In this document: positions 61,126 to 64,000 of the stretch, piece after piece
Layout of the letters: each line of letters starts with the position of its first letter
Position numbering within the stretch: position 1 is the first letter of the stretch
From: a candidate division FCPU426 bacterium
Lineage (GTDB): Bacteria > Oederibacteriota > PGYV01 > Palsa-1178
Direction of reading: 5' to 3'
Length of the DNA: 64,000 nucleotides
Assembly: GCA_963840035.1 (NCBI GenBank)
Contig: CAWIXE010000001.1
Coordinates: forward strand, 320,001-384,000
Program-made: the position numbers and the translations under genes
Notes under the pieces: generated by a model
Told to the model about the DNA's origin: nothing
Database searches by the model: none
What the model saw: only the letters and a program-made list of their open reading frames with translations

Positions 61126-62343
61126 CTACTCTTTCGCCCTTATTATCGAATATGGCCCCGGGACTTCATTTGACCCTATTTCAATTACATAATCTTTATA
61201 CTGCTTTGTATGCGTGTATTCCATTCCATCCGTGTCCGTAATCCCCTTAATTACAATATTAAATGTTTTACCCTCCGGCGTATACACTTCAAAGGTATCG
61301 CCTATCTTCATGGTGGCTTTCACATCAGCTAAAAACCTGTTCTTATCCCTGTTCTCCCTGATAAAACCCGCGTATCTGTACGTGGCCTGGTAGTCTGATG
61401 ATTTGTAATTCTGGTTTATCCCGCCATCAGGAAAATAAAGCCCGTCAGTGAATTCCCTGTGAGAAACTTTTTCAAGTTCTTTTATGTATTCAGTGTTAAA
61501 AACATATCCGCCGGGGTCTTTCATGTATGAGTCCACGATGCTCCTGTATACCGAGGCTGTAACCGCCGCGTAATGTGACGACTTCATCCTTCCTTCTATC
61601 TTGAAACTTTCAATCCCTATCTCCATAAACTTATGCAGTTCCGGCGCAGAGCACAGGTCTTTTGAGTTGAATATATAAGTGCCTCTTTCATCCTCCATGA
61701 CCGGCATGTATTCTCCCGGCCTTTTTTCCTCCACCAGTTTATAGCTCCACCTGCACGGCTGGCTGCACTCGCCCTTGTTCGCGTCCCTGCCTGTCATATA
61801 GTTTGACATCAGGCACCTGCCGGACAATGACATGCATATGGCGCCGTGGACAAATACCTCAAGCTCCATGTCCGGGCACTTTTCCCTTATTGTTTTAATG
61901 TCGGCAAACGGAAGTTCCCTGGCCAGCACCACCCTTTTCGCGCCCGCCTTCTGCCATGCCTTAACTTCCATATAGTTCATATTGTTCGCCTGCACTGATA
62001 TGTGCGCGGCAAGAGAAGGAGCCTCTTCTTTGAGCAGCTGCATGACACCGGGGTCTGAAATGATGACAGCGTCAACCTTAAGGCTTTCAAGATAACGGAA
62101 ATAAACCCTCATGGGTTCTATGTCGCTGTTATACGGGAAGATGTTGGCGGTTATATAGATTTTTTTTCCGGCGGCGTGTGTTTTTTCAACCGCGGTTTTT
62201 AATCCGTCATGGCTGAAATTTCCCGCGGAAGAGCGCAGGCCGAAGTTTTCGCCCGCGGCGTACACCGCGTCAGCTCCGAAACGCAGGGCAAACTCAAGTT
62301 TTTCCAGGTTTCCGGCGGGGGAGAGTATCTCAGGCTTTTTCAT
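61126..62343 (-). CDS. U32 peptidase family (TrhP-like tRNA hydroxylation protein)
   Basis: PEILSPAG, GADAVY, VVLARE, VHGAICMSLSGRC, CSQPCRW, KIEGRMK. Confidence 0.9.
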   Translation of the reverse strand: MKKPEILSPAGNLEKLEFALRFGADAVYAAGENFGLRSSAGNFSHDGLKTAVEKTHAAGKKIYITANIFPYNSDIEPMRVYFRYLESLKVDAVIISDPGVMQLLKEEAPSLAAHISVQANNMNYMEVKAWQKAGAKRVVLARELPFADIKTIREKCPDMELEVFVHGAICMSLSGRCLMSNYMTGRDANKGECSQPCRWSYKLVEEKRPGEYMPVMEDERGTYIFNSKDLCSAPELHKFMEIGIESFKIEGRMKSSHYAAVTASVYRSIVDSYMKDPGGYVFNTEYIKELEKVSHREFTDGLYFPDGGINQNYKSSDYQATYRYAGFIRENRDKNRFLADVKATMKIGDTFEVYTPEGKTFNIVIKGITDTDGMEYTHTKQYKDYVIEIGSNEVPGPYSIIRAKE

Positions 62344-62955
62344 TTAAAACATTTCTTTTCTTTCAATTATTGCCTGCCCCAGGGTTATCTCGTCGGCATA
62401 GCGTATATCCGAACCGGTTGGAAGCCCTTTTGCGAGCCTGCTGATCTTTACATTCAGCCCCGCGTCCTTAATGAGCCCTGACAGATATAAAGCCGTGGCG
62501 TCGCCTTCGACGGAATGGTTTATGGCAAGTATGAGTTCGGTTATTGTGTTTCCTTTTTCCCGGATCCTTCCCATTAGCTCTTCTATGCGGAGATTATCCG
62601 GCAGCATGTTGTTTAACGGGTTAATGAGCCCCTGAAGTATGTGGTAGTAGCCCTTAAACTTGCCCGTGCGCTCCACTGTAATGACGTCCTCGGCCGACTC
62701 CAGCACGCATATTACAGTCGCGTCCCTTTCATCGTCGGCGCATATGGTACAAAGGTCCCCTTCGCTGACATTAAAACACTTTTTGCAAAAACGCAGCTGT
62801 TTTATCTCTTCCAGGGTGTTCTTGAATTCATCCAGGTATTCGTGGTCTTTTTTAAGCATATGAAGCGATATTCTTTCGGCCATACGCGGGCCTATGCCCG
62901 GTAGTTTTGATATTTCGTTTATGAGTTTCTGGAGTTTATGCGGATAAGAAAACAT
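62344..62955 (-). CDS. recR: Recombination mediator RecR
   Basis: LPGIGPRMAER, CKKC..CTIC, VEGDATA, LAKGLPTGSD. Confidence 0.95.
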   Translation of the reverse strand: MFSYPHKLQKLINEISKLPGIGPRMAERISLHMLKKDHEYLDEFKNTLEEIKQLRFCKKCFNVSEGDLCTICADDERDATVICVLESAEDVITVERTGKFKGYYHILQGLINPLNNMLPDNLRIEELMGRIREKGNTITELILAINHSVEGDATALYLSGLIKDAGLNVKISRLAKGLPTGSDIRYADEITLGQAIIERKEMF

Positions 62956-62963
62956 TTAACCCT

Positions 62964-63287
62964 TTAGAACAAGCCGGGAATATTCAGCCCGCCGGCTATC
63001 TTTTTTGATTCCTCATCCATCATGGCCTGAGCCTTGTTCATGGCCTCATTTACAGCCGCTTTAACGAGGTCCTGTAGCATTTCATTGTCCCCTGATGACG
63101 CGAGTTCCTTGTCTATCTTTATATCAAGCACCTCTTTGGCGCCGTTTACCTTTACAGTCACAGCCCCGCCGCCCGCGGAAGCTTCCACTTCTTTTTTCTT
63201 AAGGTCTTCCTGCATCTTTGCCAGTTCCATCTGCATTTTCTGGGCCTTCCGCATCATATCGCCCATATTGCCCATTCCTCCGCGCAT
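62964..63287 (-). CDS. ybaB: YbaB/EbfC nucleoid-associated protein
   Basis: MMRKAQKMQ, SAGGGAV, MLQDLVKAAVNEA; between dnaX and recR. Confidence 0.93.
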   Translation of the reverse strand: MRGGMGNMGDMMRKAQKMQMELAKMQEDLKKKEVEASAGGGAVTVKVNGAKEVLDIKIDKELASSGDNEMLQDLVKAAVNEAMNKAQAMMDEESKKIAGGLNIPGLF

Positions 63288-63340
63288 AATATTACCTCCT
63301 CAAGTATGTCATCTCGCCTCCACCATCACCCCATTCATTT

Positions 63341-63376
63341 TCCCTCTCCTTTAAGGAGAGGGCCAGGGTGAGGTGA
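63341..63376. repeat. BoxC-like half unit
   Basis: CCCTCTCCTTTAAGGAGAGGGCCAGGGTGAGG, same family as 6812. Confidence 0.7.
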
Positions 63377-63433
63377 GCATCTGGTGGCGAGCGTTTGATC
63401 TGCCTTTTTTCCATATTCCCAATTACCCATTCC

Positions 63434-64000
63434 CTACTTCACGTTTTTCTTTACCTCAACGCTTGATACCTTGAAAATTGTGCTCAACTGTTTCACTACC
63501 GGGTGGTTCTTGGCTTCTTCCTCCGCCACTTCATGCTTTGCCTTGTGCTTTAAATTATATTCGCTTTTTTCAAGTATGCTCAGCGAGAAATCCCTTTTCA
63601 GTTCCTCTTTTAGAACTTCTTTAATCGCGTCTGAATGTTTTTTCAGTATGTCCGTAAAAAATTTATTCTCGCCGGTTATCAAAAGCGCCGGCTCGGCATA
63701 CGACACGACTCCTGCCGTTGTCATGGACTGGGCAAGCTCTTCCAGGTCCTGCTTGCCCTTTATCCTTTCAATTATTGAGTCCCAGTGGTGCTCTATGACT
63801 TCCCTGGTGACTTTTAATATCTTCTCTTCCTCCACTATCTCGTCGATTAACATCGCGCCACCCTGGGGTTTTTCTTCCTCAGGTTCTTCCGCTTTTATTT
63901 CAACAGGCGCTGCCGCTTCCGCGGTTTTAACCGGCGCAGGCGCCGCCTTTATTTCAGTTTTTACGGGTTCAGTTTTTGCCTCAATTTTTTTTTCAGCGGG
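63434..64000 (-). CDS. dnaX: C-terminal part of DNA polymerase III subunit gamma/tau (runs off window end)
   Basis: Ala/Pro/Glu linker then W..II..HPVV..F C-terminal pattern; synteny with ybaB-recR. Confidence 0.7.
   Translation of the reverse strand, partial: PAEKKIEAKTEPVKTEIKAAPAPVKTAEAAAPVEIKAEEPEEEKPQGGAMLIDEIVEEEKILKVTREVIEHHWDSIIERIKGKQDLEELAQSMTTAGVVSYAEPALLITGENKFFTDILKKHSDAIKEVLKEELKRDFSLSILEKSEYNLKHKAKHEVAEEEAKNHPVVKQLSTIFKVSSVEVKKNVK

Noticed and set aside
1..64000. tRNA, rRNA, reverse transcriptase or integron integrase
   Set aside because: None recognised by eye; a tRNAscan/Infernal run would be needed to exclude small RNAs

Overview
Bacterial chromosomal segment, mostly housekeeping and envelope genes: the rpsU-yqeY-mpg-nif3-yaiI-dnaG-rpoD run, nadD, proA, hemW, lepB, recR-ybaB-dnaX(3') and several glycosyltransferases. 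A PorV/PorQ-type barrel, a FlgD-Ig/T9SS-like C-terminal domain, Thr/Pro-rich linkers and a GT9 enzyme suggest a diderm, possibly a Ca. Goldbacteria/Firestonebacteria-like lineage (inference only). Notable content: (1) an AT-rich island (~19.55-25.7 kb) with two orphan RHS C-terminus/immunity pairs around a 2.77-kb element. That element has ~55-bp terminal inverted repeats and two separate DDE transposases (IS481-like, plus IS3-like OrfA/OrfB joined by an A9 -1 frameshift). Its ends fall in a pcrA/uvrD 5' stub and in the RHS core. (2) An actinobacterial-style phosphatidylinositol-mannoside cluster (pgsA-ino1-patA-pimA-patA2-PHP). (3) A type IV minor-pilin cluster with an 872-aa pilin and candidate modification enzymes. 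(4) A RAYT transposase with a covarying GTAG REP family, including a 10-unit array. (5) Other non-coding repeats: a ~200-nt structured element (3 copies), a hexamer-built hairpin array, BoxC-like and RPE-like palindromes, and heptamer tracts. No rRNA, tRNA or CRISPR array was found. All calls come from motif recognition by eye, without database searches.
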